Assembly (NCBI GenBank): GCA_964565945.1
Contig: CAZMGY010000029.1
Location: 1-32,000 of the forward strand
DNA from: an uncultured bacterium
GTDB lineage: Bacteria > GCA-001730085
DNA length: 32,000 nt
Direction: 5' to 3'
Of this stretch, positions 1 through 9,652 are shown in pieces. Position numbers and translations under genes: made by a program. Position 1 is the first letter of the stretch; each line of letters starts with the position of its first letter. The notes beneath the pieces are model-generated. The model searched no databases and was not told where the DNA came from. It worked only from the letters and a program-made list of their open reading frames with translations.

Positions 1-163
<163 letters not shown>

Positions 164-202
164 TTACTATGTTCATAATCTAAACCAACTTAAATAAACT
201 CT

Positions 203-276
203 AGCCTACGGCCGGAGTTGAACCGGCGACCTCATCATTACCAACGATGTACTCTAACCACCTGAGCTACGCAGGC
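203..276 (-). tRNA. tRNA-Thr (anticodon GGU)
   Basis: The reverse complement GCCTGCG-TA-GCTC-AGGTGGTT-AGAG-T-ACATC-GTTGGTAAT-GATGA-GGTC-GCCGG-TTCAACT-CCGGC-CGTAGGC-T folds as a cloverleaf. It has a 7-bp acceptor stem (one G-U pair), a GTTCAACT T-loop and anticodon GGT flanked by T and A. tRNA-Thr directly upstream of tuf is a widely conserved arrangement. No CCA is encoded. Confidence 0.9.
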
Positions 277-340
277 AAATCTCATCTGCTGCAAAGATCA
301 ATACACTAACCTAAAACCCCATTCTATCAAAAGAGGATCT

Positions 341-369
341 ATATTACAAGAATTGATAATTACTGTCAA
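341..369 (-). promoter_or_regulatory. Sigma70-type promoter for tRNA-Thr/tuf
   Basis: On the minus strand: TTGACA (369-364), a 17-nt spacer, then TAATAT (346-341). The predicted transcription start is about 58 nt upstream of the tRNA 5' end. Confidence 0.5.
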
Positions 370-499
370 TGGAATTTTTATAAGAATCGGGAACATAGCT
401 AAAAACCCTCTCCCAACAGCGGATCTGGAGACCCTTTAATAAGCATAATCACGAAAGGCTAACCTTGCGACACATCTTGATATTTACATCATCTTACGG

Positions 500-1771
500 T
501 TAAAACTTTACACTCATATCAATCTGAATGGTCTTAGCATCTTCTTCGGTCATAAGACCTTCCTTTTCAATCAATTCAGCATTAATATAAGTAAGAGCTA
601 ATTTTGTATTTTCCATCAACTGATATTTCAAACCCGTTTTGAATCCTTTGTGATTGGTACCACCCCCACCAAAGTCAGAATCGGTAAACACATCCAAAGT
701 CGCATTGGCTTCTAGCTTGCGATAATACAAAAAGGCCTCTAGTGTCTTGGGAGCCTTGGCTTTCCCAACATGCACGCCCAATTGATATCCAGTGTCATAC
801 TTGCCAGTTTCGGGATCAACCGTGTCGGTATTTTTCACATAATCACCAACAAAGCACATAGGCACATTATTCATAAAAAAGTTGACCTGGCTTGTTAAAT
901 TGTAAAGGTTGTAAGCATGTAAATAACGAAACTCGTCCGACAAACTCGCTCCAAAGCGACTAGTACTACCAAATGCGATTCCTAATGGTAATCGATTCAA
1001 CATATCGGTGTAACGATAATTGGCAAAGCCAACTTCTATTTCCACATCCGAAAACGGATCAAACACTGCACCCACCTGACCAGCAAACAGCCACGGATCA
1101 TTATTATCATCGCTATTCTCGTCGACAGGAAACTGTCCAGTCACAATATAATAGTCAGCGTATTCCGTTTGATAAGTGAAAACCTGAGCAAATCCATCAA
1201 AAGCCAGATCACTATCAAAAACTAGATCCGTCGAAAAAAACGGATTGGCAAACTTACCGAACATAAAAGTCGCCGCATCACTAGGAAGGTATTTAATGTA
1301 AGCACGATCAATTCCCAAGTCTTTGTGATCAAATGCATCGGACAAAGTCTCATCGGTCGAGGTCGGGTTTCCATCAGCACCAGTCACCATTCGCACACCC
1401 GCTTCAATATTATCATTCACCTTAGCGGTGAATCCAAAACGGCTACGAATTTTAAAACGGTGCCGATCAGGCGTTGTGGTAGGAACGGTTGATCGCTTCA
1501 GACTTTCGTAACGCATACGAACATCTCCAGACCACTTCATTTTAGACACCCATGAAGGCAACGAGGTTTGTGGTGCTTGGGGAACATTTTTTTGATAAGG
1601 GTGTGCAGAGCGCTGAAAAGATGCATCTCTCTGCATGGTTCTTAATTCATGTGGAGATAGTACCCCTTTACGAACCAATAACTGCGCCAAGGCTTCATCA
1701 TCTACGGCTGCCTGTACCGTTGCCACCAACCCTAAACATAAATACAAAAGAAAGAGTCGTCCGACCCTCAT
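500..1771 (-). CDS. Outer-membrane beta-barrel protein, putative porin
   Basis: The ORF-track start at 1786 is TTG. The ATG at 1771 has GAGG 9 nt upstream and gives MRVGRLFLLYLCLGLVATVQA|AV, a signal peptide. The rest shows alternating hydrophobic/polar strands rich in G, D, N, Y and F, and a C-terminal ...IQIDMSVKF ending in Phe, which is the typical OMP beta-signal. Confidence 0.65.
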   Translation of the reverse strand: MRVGRLFLLYLCLGLVATVQAAVDDEALAQLLVRKGVLSPHELRTMQRDASFQRSAHPYQKNVPQAPQTSLPSWVSKMKWSGDVRMRYESLKRSTVPTTTPDRHRFKIRSRFGFTAKVNDNIEAGVRMVTGADGNPTSTDETLSDAFDHKDLGIDRAYIKYLPSDAATFMFGKFANPFFSTDLVFDSDLAFDGFAQVFTYQTEYADYYIVTGQFPVDENSDDNNDPWLFAGQVGAVFDPFSDVEIEVGFANYRYTDMLNRLPLGIAFGSTSRFGASLSDEFRYLHAYNLYNLTSQVNFFMNNVPMCFVGDYVKNTDTVDPETGKYDTGYQLGVHVGKAKAPKTLEAFLYYRKLEANATLDVFTDSDFGGGGTNHKGFKTGLKYQLMENTKLALTYINAELIEKEGLMTEEDAKTIQIDMSVKF

Positions 1772-1809
1772 ACATAACTGCCTCAATTAAAACCTTCTCT
1801 CACAAAATT

Positions 1810-3255
1810 CTAGTCCATTGTAACAAGGTAACGATAAAGCACCAAATATTTTTGTGCCGACGATTGCCATGAAAAATCACATTGCATATTATGAATCATT
1901 AGGGACTGCCACGTAGAGCGATCTTGATACAAATCTACCATCACTTTAACTTGTTGAACAAGCGCTTCGGACGAATACGCATCCATCACACAGCCCTTGC
2001 CCAATGGTCCCTCATCTTGCCAAGCAGAAACCGTATTGATCAAGCCTCCAGTACCATTCACCAAAGGAATCGCACCGTAACGCATAGCCATCATCTGGGT
2101 CAAACCACAAGGCTCAAAAGACGATGGCATCACAAAACCATCAATGCCCGCATACATCTCATGTGCCAAACGATCATGATAGGTTAAAAACGCCTTAAAA
2201 TGATCGTACCTTCGATCCATCAAAGACAAAGCGTGATGCCACTTCGACTCACCCGTCCCTAACACAATAAAACTAACTGGCAAGTCCATAAGGTTACGCA
2301 TGGCCTCGGTTAAAATATCCAAACCTTTGTGTGTCACCAAACGAGACACCATCCCTAAAAGGAGTTGCCCATCGTCTTTAATACCCGCCTTATCCAAGAG
2401 AAAACTTTTATTATCCTGTTTGTGCTCCAAAGAAGACGTGTCGAAATTTGTAAAAATCCCAGAGTCTTGTTGCGTGCTCCAAACATCCATTGCAATGCCA
2501 TTCAAAATACCCCATAAATTTTGAGAACGGTGCTGCATCACAGCATGAAGTCCGTGTCCAAAAGACTCCTCCTGGATTTCTTTAACATATTGTGGACTCA
2601 CCGTATTCAATCCATCCGCAGCCAACAAACCCGCTTTTAAAAAATTAATTTTATTGTAAAAAGTCAACAACGTTTTCATCAATTCATTGCTACCCACCCA
2701 GCGCAGGTCTTCCTTAACAAAAACACCTTGATAAGCCAAGTTATGAATGGTCAACAACGTTCGCGGATATACCTTTTCTTTTTTCTGGCGACACCGCATC
2801 AACAAAGGAACCAAAGCTGACTGCCAATCATGGCAATGAAGCACATCACAAGACACCCAACCTTTCTCAATTAAAGCAACAACGGCATGACTAAAAAAAG
2901 AAAAACGCTGAGCATTATCGCGATAGTCACCATGCGCATCACCATAAAGCCCTTCTCGAAAATAATATCCATCTTGCTGAATAGCAAAAAACGAGCAACC
3001 ATGCTCATTATCCCAAGAAACAACCTTCCCTTTAATCGCAGACTGATCCATCGCAATAGATAAGTCCTTCTCCAAGGTTTTGCGAGTTATTCCTTTTTGT
3101 TTAAGATAAGTTTCGGTTACAGAATAAAAGGGCATAACGATCGAAACGTTATGCCCCATTAATTGCAATACACGACTTAAATCCGAAACAACATCGGCCA
3201 TGCCACCTGTTTTAGCATAAGGATAACACTCCGAAGCAACCATCACTATATTCAT
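1810..3255 (-). CDS. glgA: Glycogen (starch) synthase, ADP-glucose type
   Basis: The N-terminus MNIVMVASECYPYAKTGGMADVV matches the glycogen synthase K-T-G-G motif region. It is a GT5-family size at 481 aa, with C-terminal SSFEPCGLTQMMAMRYG. Confidence 0.9.
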   Translation of the reverse strand: MNIVMVASECYPYAKTGGMADVVSDLSRVLQLMGHNVSIVMPFYSVTETYLKQKGITRKTLEKDLSIAMDQSAIKGKVVSWDNEHGCSFFAIQQDGYYFREGLYGDAHGDYRDNAQRFSFFSHAVVALIEKGWVSCDVLHCHDWQSALVPLLMRCRQKKEKVYPRTLLTIHNLAYQGVFVKEDLRWVGSNELMKTLLTFYNKINFLKAGLLAADGLNTVSPQYVKEIQEESFGHGLHAVMQHRSQNLWGILNGIAMDVWSTQQDSGIFTNFDTSSLEHKQDNKSFLLDKAGIKDDGQLLLGMVSRLVTHKGLDILTEAMRNLMDLPVSFIVLGTGESKWHHALSLMDRRYDHFKAFLTYHDRLAHEMYAGIDGFVMPSSFEPCGLTQMMAMRYGAIPLVNGTGGLINTVSAWQDEGPLGKGCVMDAYSSEALVQQVKVMVDLYQDRSTWQSLMIHNMQCDFSWQSSAQKYLVLYRYLVTMD

Positions 3256-3287
3256 AAAAACAATACCTTACTGCTCACTTAGGCAGG

Positions 3288-4262
3288 TTAATCAGCCGTT
3301 ATTTCAGTACGTAACTTTTTACGCCAATATTCCAAAATATCCTTAAGAGTTGTCTCAAAGGGGATTTTTGGCTGCCAGCCTGTTTGCTTAGAAAACTTAC
3401 TATGATCACCCAAAAGAATTGGTACATCCGATGGACGCAAGCGACTTTCATCAACTTGAACTTTAATATCAGCGTCACTCATTTCGAGAAGCATATCAAG
3501 AACTTTTTGAATCTCCCAAGTGGTTCCCGAAGCAATGTTATAAACTTCGCCAAGTTCACCTTTCTCCAAAGCCAACCAATACGCGTTCACCATATCGCGT
3601 ACATCGGTAAAATCGCGTTTAGCCGTTAAGTTACCAACAAAAATAATGGGTTCTTTAAGACCTAACTCGATCGATGCAACTTGCTTAGCAAAATCAGAAC
3701 AAACAAAGACATCACCACGACGAGGTCCCGTATGGTTAAAAGCACGAGTTCTAACTGATTTAACACCATAGCTCATGTAATACTGATAAGCTAAAAAGTC
3801 CTGTCCAACTTTACTAACGGCATAGGGGCTCAAAGGACGCAAAGGGTTCTCTTCTTTAATAGGAACTTCGTCAGGATAAACCATTCCATACTCTTCACTC
3901 GAGCAAGCAATTTGAATCAAAGGATCAATATCGGCACTTCTTACCGCTTCAAATAACTGAACATTACCAATCAAGTTTGAATCAAATGTTGCGACAGGCG
4001 CATTCCAAGAGCTAGGAACAAAGCTTTGTGCGGCCAAGTGAAAAATTCGCTCAGGCTTTACTTTACTCACAACATCCCTTATCGAAGAGGCATCATTCAA
4101 ATTACATTCAAACAAAGTGATCTTGTCTTTAATATGGTCAATATTTTCTCGACGAGACCGCCAACGAACGATCCCATAAATTTCAATATCTCCTTTGTCT
4201 AAAAGAAAGTCGGCCATATGACTTCCGACAAAACCCGTAACTCCTGTAATCAATACTTTCAT
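3288..4262 (-). CDS. NDP-sugar dehydratase/reductase of the extended SDR family (Gmd/Rmd-like)
   Basis: The start is refined to ATG at 4262, with AAGGAG upstream and no overlap with rfbD. It has the Rossmann motif MKVLITGVTGFVGSH, catalytic SSEEYG...YAVSK, and FNHTGPRRG and RDFTDVRD segments typical of the GDP-mannose 4,6-dehydratase / GDP-6-deoxy-hexulose reductase family. Confidence 0.7.
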   Translation of the reverse strand: MKVLITGVTGFVGSHMADFLLDKGDIEIYGIVRWRSRRENIDHIKDKITLFECNLNDASSIRDVVSKVKPERIFHLAAQSFVPSSWNAPVATFDSNLIGNVQLFEAVRSADIDPLIQIACSSEEYGMVYPDEVPIKEENPLRPLSPYAVSKVGQDFLAYQYYMSYGVKSVRTRAFNHTGPRRGDVFVCSDFAKQVASIELGLKEPIIFVGNLTAKRDFTDVRDMVNAYWLALEKGELGEVYNIASGTTWEIQKVLDMLLEMSDADIKVQVDESRLRPSDVPILLGDHSKFSKQTGWQPKIPFETTLKDILEYWRKKLRTEITAD

Positions 4263-4267
4263 CGTAC

Positions 4268-5128
4268 TTAACTCCTTAAGTGTTTCAACATATGTTCTAA
4301 ACTGTTTTGCCAATGAGGCATTGCCTCTGTACCCAACTCGGCTTTAAGCTTATTTATACTCATCACCGAATACATGGGACGTTGGGCTGACCGAGCTCCC
4401 AGCACTGTTTTAGCCTGATTAAGCTCCACCTTAAGATTTTCTTGCTTTAAAATATTTTGAACAAACTGAAACCAACTGCATTCACCTTGCGAAGTCATAT
4501 GATAAAGGCCTCTAGACCCCTTGTCCAGTAAGTTCTTAAGCCCCACCGCAACATCTCTGGTAAAAGTTGGCACTCCTTGTTGATCATTGACAACCGTCAG
4601 ACTCTCCCCTGCTTGCGCTTTGGCCAAAATCGCTTTAACAAAATTAGGCCCATAAATGCCACATAGCCAAGACACTCTCACAATCACATAATTGTCTAAT
4701 AGCTCTTGAACCTCTAATTCACCTTTATATTTTGTTTGACCATAAACATTCAAGGGACCAGTCGGAGAATCTTCCGCATAGGGGCTCTGCGCGCAACCAT
4801 CAAAAACATAGTCCGTGCTGATGTAACACATTTTAGCACCTATCTTCCGTGTCGCCTCGGCCACATGGCGTGTCCCCCCCACATTAACCCGATAACAAAG
4901 ATCGTGCTCTTGTTCAGCCAAGTCCACTTTGGTGTAAGCCGCGGCATGGACAATCACATCGGGCGCAACTTCCTGTAGCACTTTCATGACTTGCCCCGCA
5001 TCGGTCACATCCAACTGGCTTCGATCACAGGCAACAACTTCGTAGTCATCCGACCAGGCCTGACATAACTCTTGGCCAAGCATTCCGCCCGCACCAGTGA
5101 TGACAACTTTTGTCTTCAAAGAACTCAT
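4268..5128 (-). CDS. rfbD: dTDP-4-dehydrorhamnose reductase
   Basis: 286 aa with VVITGAGGMLGQ, ISTDYVFDG and YGQTKYKGE (YxxxK). These are characteristic RmlD features. Confidence 0.85.
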   Translation of the reverse strand: MSSLKTKVVITGAGGMLGQELCQAWSDDYEVVACDRSQLDVTDAGQVMKVLQEVAPDVIVHAAAYTKVDLAEQEHDLCYRVNVGGTRHVAEATRKIGAKMCYISTDYVFDGCAQSPYAEDSPTGPLNVYGQTKYKGELEVQELLDNYVIVRVSWLCGIYGPNFVKAILAKAQAGESLTVVNDQQGVPTFTRDVAVGLKNLLDKGSRGLYHMTSQGECSWFQFVQNILKQENLKVELNQAKTVLGARSAQRPMYSVMSINKLKAELGTEAMPHWQNSLEHMLKHLRS

Positions 5129-6126
5129 TTGCTCAAATACATTTGTTCGTAATAGGTTCTAAACTCCCCTGATTTGATAGGCTCCCACCAAGCACGATTC
5201 TCACAGTACCACCGAACTGTCTGTGGCATCATCTCTTCGAACGTGTAACGATGCTCCCAGCCCAAAGCTCGGATTTTATCACTCTTAAGAGCGTAGCGAC
5301 GATCATGCCCTTGACGATCTTGGACATAACGGATACGTTCTTCGCCCAAGTTGAGCTCTTTCAAAATTAAATCTGTAATCTCTTTGTTGGTGTACTCTTC
5401 GCTCACACCAATATTGTAGATCTCACCAGCCTGACCATGCTCCATCAAAAAAAGAATGGCCTGGGCATGATCGTCTACATAGATCCAATCACGCACATTA
5501 AGTCCATCTCCATACAAGGGCACATCCTCTCCCTCAAGTAAGTTGGTAATAAAAAGAGGAATCAGCTTTTCGGGATACTGATACGGACCATAGTTGTTTG
5601 AACAACGTGTGATAATCACGGGGACATCGTAGGTGGCAAAATAAGAAAAGGCCAAGCGATCAGCCCCAGCTTTACTTGCCGAATAAGGGTTGCGTGGCAT
5701 AAGAGAATCTGTTTCCACAGAAGCCCCTTGCAAAACTTCTCCATAGACTTCATCGGTGCTGATTTGGATAAATTGACCCACCTCATTATCTTTGCAGGCC
5801 TCCAATAGATGATAGGTCCCCAAAATATCAGTCACAATAAAGTCTTCGGGATTCCCAATCGAACGATCCACATGGGTTTCAGCGGCAAAATTAATCACCG
5901 TATCAAAAGGATATTGCGCAAACAATTGATCTAACAAAGATCTATCAGCAATATCCCCTTGGACAAAAGTTAGCTTGTCGGCCACAGACTCTAAATTTTC
6001 CTCACGCCCAGCATAAGTCAATTTATCCAAAACAACACAGTTCCATTCAGGATATTCGTTAGCCACTAAGCGAGCAAAGCAAGATCCAATAAAGCCCGCT
6101 CCTCCAGTCACTAAAACATGTTTCAT
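5125..6126 (-). CDS. rfbB: dTDP-glucose 4,6-dehydratase
   Basis: Contains MKHVLVTGGAGFIGS, ISTDEVYG and YSASKAGADRL. It is 333 aa, and its stop forms an ATGA overlap with the rfbD start. Confidence 0.92.
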   Translation of the reverse strand: MKHVLVTGGAGFIGSCFARLVANEYPEWNCVVLDKLTYAGREENLESVADKLTFVQGDIADRSLLDQLFAQYPFDTVINFAAETHVDRSIGNPEDFIVTDILGTYHLLEACKDNEVGQFIQISTDEVYGEVLQGASVETDSLMPRNPYSASKAGADRLAFSYFATYDVPVIITRCSNNYGPYQYPEKLIPLFITNLLEGEDVPLYGDGLNVRDWIYVDDHAQAILFLMEHGQAGEIYNIGVSEEYTNKEITDLILKELNLGEERIRYVQDRQGHDRRYALKSDKIRALGWEHRYTFEEMMPQTVRWYCENRAWWEPIKSGEFRTYYEQMYLSK

Positions 6127-6854
6127 ACCATCTCCCTTTGTCTTAACTGGGCCACCAAACCGTTAGTTCGATACAAAGCTTCAATCGTTCCCGCATCACT
6201 CCACCAGCCATCAATAACATCAAAAAACATTTCACCTTTTTGAATGTAATGGTTATTCACATCGGTGATTTCTAACTCTCCTCGATTTGAAGGCTTAAGA
6301 GTTTTCACAATATCAAACACCTTGGCGTCATACATATAAAGTCCCGTCACCGCATATTGACTTTTGGGATACTCAGGTTTTTCTTCGATTGCGATAATTT
6401 TGTCCCCATCAATTTCGGGCACACCAAAACGCTGAGGATCTGGAACCTCTTTAAGAACAATGCGACAACCTCGCTTTTGTTTTTTAAAAGCATCGACCAT
6501 AGGAACAGTACTCTGCTCAAAAAGGTTGTCTCCCAAAATTACCGCCACAGGATCACCATCCACAAAATATTCGGTTAAACTCAAAGCTTCGGCAATGCCC
6601 CCTTCGCCTTCTTGGTAGGCATAATGCAATTGCTTAAGGCCAAATTTTTTACCATTGCCCAATAGACGCAAAAATTCACCAGCATTGTTGCCCCCAGTCA
6701 CAATCATAATATTTTTGATTCCCGCCTGAACTAACAGCTCCAAGGGGTAATAAATCATCGGTTTATCGTACACGGGCAATAAATGTTTATTGGTCACTGT
6801 GGTTAAAGGCAACAACCTTGTCCCCAAACCTCCAGCAAGAATAACACCTTTCAT
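6123..6854 (-). CDS. Glucose-1-phosphate thymidylyl/nucleotidyltransferase, very short (SpsI-like) form
   Basis: MKGVILAGGLGTRLLPLTTVTNKHLLPV is the sugar-1-P nucleotidyltransferase signature. At 243 aa it is shorter than classical RmlA. It has ATGA overlaps with purF upstream and rfbB downstream. Confidence 0.8.
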   Translation of the reverse strand: MKGVILAGGLGTRLLPLTTVTNKHLLPVYDKPMIYYPLELLVQAGIKNIMIVTGGNNAGEFLRLLGNGKKFGLKQLHYAYQEGEGGIAEALSLTEYFVDGDPVAVILGDNLFEQSTVPMVDAFKKQKRGCRIVLKEVPDPQRFGVPEIDGDKIIAIEEKPEYPKSQYAVTGLYMYDAKVFDIVKTLKPSNRGELEITDVNNHYIQKGEMFFDVIDGWWSDAGTIEALYRTNGLVAQLRQREMV

Positions 6855-8233
6855 GAGCCTATTCCATTCTCCATCACATATTTATTGCTTACATCTTGTT
6901 TCTCAATCGGATATGTTCCCGAAAAGCACGCATCACAAAACTGTGTTTCCCCACCATTAAGAGCGTTCTTCATTCCAGATAAACTCAAATACTCAAGAGA
7001 ATCCACCCCAATATGTTTGGCAATATCTTCGACCGACTTTTGCGCCCCAATCAACTCTTCCCGTGAAGGAAAATCCATACCATAAAAACATGGATGAATC
7101 ACTGGAGGGCAACTGACTCGCATATGAATTTCTTTCACACCACAATCACGTAACGTTTGCACACGCAGCTGACTGGTCGTACCACGCACAATCGAATCAT
7201 CAACCAAAACAATACACTTGCCTTCCACCAAATCTTTGATGGGATTCAACTTAATTTTCACACGAAAGTCCCGCATAAATTGAGACGATTGCATAAACGT
7301 ACGGCCAATGTAATGATTCCTCACAATACCCATTTCGAACGGAATACCAGATTCTTCAGCATATCCCATCGCCGCAAAGTTGCCCGAGTCTGGCACTGCC
7401 AAAATCATATCAGCCTCCGCGGGTGATTCTTTAGCCAGCTGGTGACCTAGACGTTTTCGTTGTTTCGAAATACTCTGACCAAACACCACACTGTCGGGTC
7501 GCGCAAAATAAACCTGCTCAAAAATACAGCGCGCTTGGGGCTTTTTGGGCATTTTAATCGAATCTATCGTGCCATCGGGATAGATAAAAACAATTTCCCC
7601 TCGTTCGATATCACGCACATATTCAACCCCCACCAAATCAAACGCACAGGTTTCGCTAGATAAAAAATACGCCCCATTCATTTTTCCCAAGGACAAGGGT
7701 CTAACCCCATAAGAATCACGCACGCCAACCAAAATATCGTTCACCAGGAACAAGGCCGAATAAGCACCTTCGGCTTTTTGCAAAGCATTGATAAATTTTT
7801 TTTTCAAATCGGCTTCGGGAGACTTGGCTAAAAGATGAATTAAAATTTCCGAATCCATGCTGGTTTGAAAAATCGATCCCGCAGCCTCTAGCTCTCGACT
7901 CAGTTGGCGGGTATTGGTCAAATTCCCATTATGCGCCACAGCAAGAGCCGTGCCTTGATGATTCACCATAAAAGGTTGCACATTCACATGATTATTGGAA
8001 CCTGTGGTCGAATAGCGCACATGACCCAACGCAACTTTGCCTTGCAACTGCTCCATATCAAAATCTTTGAAAACGTCCTCGACTAAACCCTCGTTTTTAA
8101 TCACTTGACCTCGCTCGCCATCAAACGAAGCAATCCCTGCACTCTCTTCTCCACGGTGTTGCAGAGCATATAAGCCTAAAAACGTATACTTCGCTGCAGA
8201 GGAGCTTCCTTGTATCCCAAAAATTCCACACAT
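6851..8233 (-). CDS. purF: Amidophosphoribosyltransferase (glutamine PRPP amidotransferase)
   Basis: MCGIFGI places the catalytic Cys directly after Met. A PRTase motif VLVDDSIVRGTT is present. Cys residues (RCIFE, SCPP..HPCFYG, CDACFSGTYP) match the [4Fe-4S]-type PurF pattern. Confidence 0.95.
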   Translation of the reverse strand: MCGIFGIQGSSSAAKYTFLGLYALQHRGEESAGIASFDGERGQVIKNEGLVEDVFKDFDMEQLQGKVALGHVRYSTTGSNNHVNVQPFMVNHQGTALAVAHNGNLTNTRQLSRELEAAGSIFQTSMDSEILIHLLAKSPEADLKKKFINALQKAEGAYSALFLVNDILVGVRDSYGVRPLSLGKMNGAYFLSSETCAFDLVGVEYVRDIERGEIVFIYPDGTIDSIKMPKKPQARCIFEQVYFARPDSVVFGQSISKQRKRLGHQLAKESPAEADMILAVPDSGNFAAMGYAEESGIPFEMGIVRNHYIGRTFMQSSQFMRDFRVKIKLNPIKDLVEGKCIVLVDDSIVRGTTSQLRVQTLRDCGVKEIHMRVSCPPVIHPCFYGMDFPSREELIGAQKSVEDIAKHIGVDSLEYLSLSGMKNALNGGETQFCDACFSGTYPIEKQDVSNKYVMENGIGS

Positions 8234-8294
8234 AAAAGGCCCTGCTTTCTGTTTAAGAAATCTTAATATCTGCTAAAAATAAGACAATCTAGAT

Positions 8295-8323
8295 ATTATA
8301 TAGACGAAGCCTCAAGACGTCAA
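8295..8323 (-). promoter_or_regulatory. Sigma70-type promoter for the purF operon
   Basis: On the minus strand: TTGACG (8323-8318), a 17-nt spacer, then TATAAT (8300-8295). It sits about 55-60 nt upstream of the purF ATG, inside the 118-nt gap after the preceding gene. Confidence 0.55.
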
Positions 8324-8351
8324 TCAGGCTCGTCGTTCATGAGCTTTCAAA

Positions 8352-9645
8352 TTAAAGTGCCCATCCACCAGTGGAAAAGTCGTCTTTGGTGAAGTGCTCA
8401 ATCTTCCAGCGACCACGGTTACGTAGAATAAGAGAATAAGACTCCTCGGGCAAGATCAATTTGTACCTTAACTCATCGTCACGGATTGAAGGAGTCCGCA
8501 GCTCCCCCCCCCCCCTCTTCCCAACCAGCAAAAGCATCGTAACGAGGATCTTTTCTGAGCTTCATATGTTTCAAAATACGATCGGCATGACCATTTTCAG
8601 CCAAAAATTGTTCAAAGTCAGGATGCCTTAAATAGTTTTCCAGCGCTTTTACATCATTGTAAGGACCTAAATGACGTAAAAAATTTTCGGGATGAATATG
8701 CCGGTAGGCTCGTGCAAAATCGTTATTCAAAAGCAAGGCCTCAAAAAACTGATTCAAGGTGTAACCTTCGTCGTACAGTACTTCGGTATGAAACAACTCG
8801 TAACGCCCATCCTGCCATTTGTAAATCGATTTTTTAGTGATATAAGGTCCTTCTTCGGGTACAAAGACAATTCCTTTGCGCACCTTTTCGTGAATTTCAA
8901 CTTCTTTAAGCTTATCGCCAACCGCATCGACAAACACATAGGTACCCAAAAACAAACCCGACAGATTCAACACCTCTTGATAACAATCTCCTCTGGTTTT
9001 AGTAAAAATAAAAAGATTAGTAAAATCTTTCATCTCGCTACTCACAATCACCTCTTCACGCCCATCACGGTTTAAATCCTTGAACTTAACATCCGCTCGT
9101 CCCGAAGCTCCTTCAAAAAAGGTGACCAAGTGGCTCACCCGTGGCACATAATCAAAGAAATCGATCACAAAGAGAGCATAGGAGTATTTGCCCCGCTGCA
9201 TCAAAACAAAGCATTCCTCTTGCCCATCGCGATCAATGTCCCGTTTAAGAAACAGCACAGGATTCACCCAGGTTGGATTTTTCTTTTCGTAAGGGTCAAT
9301 CGGAATATCGAGGATTCGACGAAAATTATCGAGATTGACTTGGTCGACACCTGCAAACTTGCACAAAAGCAAGGTCATCGCCACACTATACTCTTTTTCA
9401 CACAAGGACTGTCGGGGTTCTAACAGACCATAAATACGCCCCAAGCGATAATGAATCTCTGCCTGCTCATTGCTATACTTAGTGGCTTCACGATAGCGCT
9501 CAAAGGCATAAAAATACTCTTCGGTTTGAAAATAATGGTCGCCCAAAGCCAGGTTATCGAGGTATAAAGCTGGCAGATCGTCTTCGGCATAAAGCGCCGA
9601 AACTATCCAACACACAACCCCCAACAACCCAACGCCCCAAGGCAT
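8352..9645 (-). pseudogene. Secreted repeat protein (TPR-like N-terminal region, FG-GAP/VCBS-like Ca-binding motifs) split by a frameshift in a G12 tract
   Basis: ORF 8479-9645 (388 aa) has a hydrophobic N-terminus MPWGVGLLGVVCWIVSALYA and the motifs DIDRDGQEE and DLNRDGREE. It ends 12 codons after the homopolymer. ORF 8352-8537 continues in the +1 frame with protein-like sequence (ELRTPSIRDDELRYKLILPEESYSLILRNRGRWKIEHF...). Removing one G fuses them into one 430-aa product. Confidence 0.6.
8504..8515. repeat. Homopolymer C12 (G12 on the coding strand)
   Basis: Counted directly: gct-cccccccccccc-tcttc at 8501-8520. It lies exactly at the junction of the two reading frames. Confidence 0.95.
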
Positions 9646-9652
9646 AGAATAC

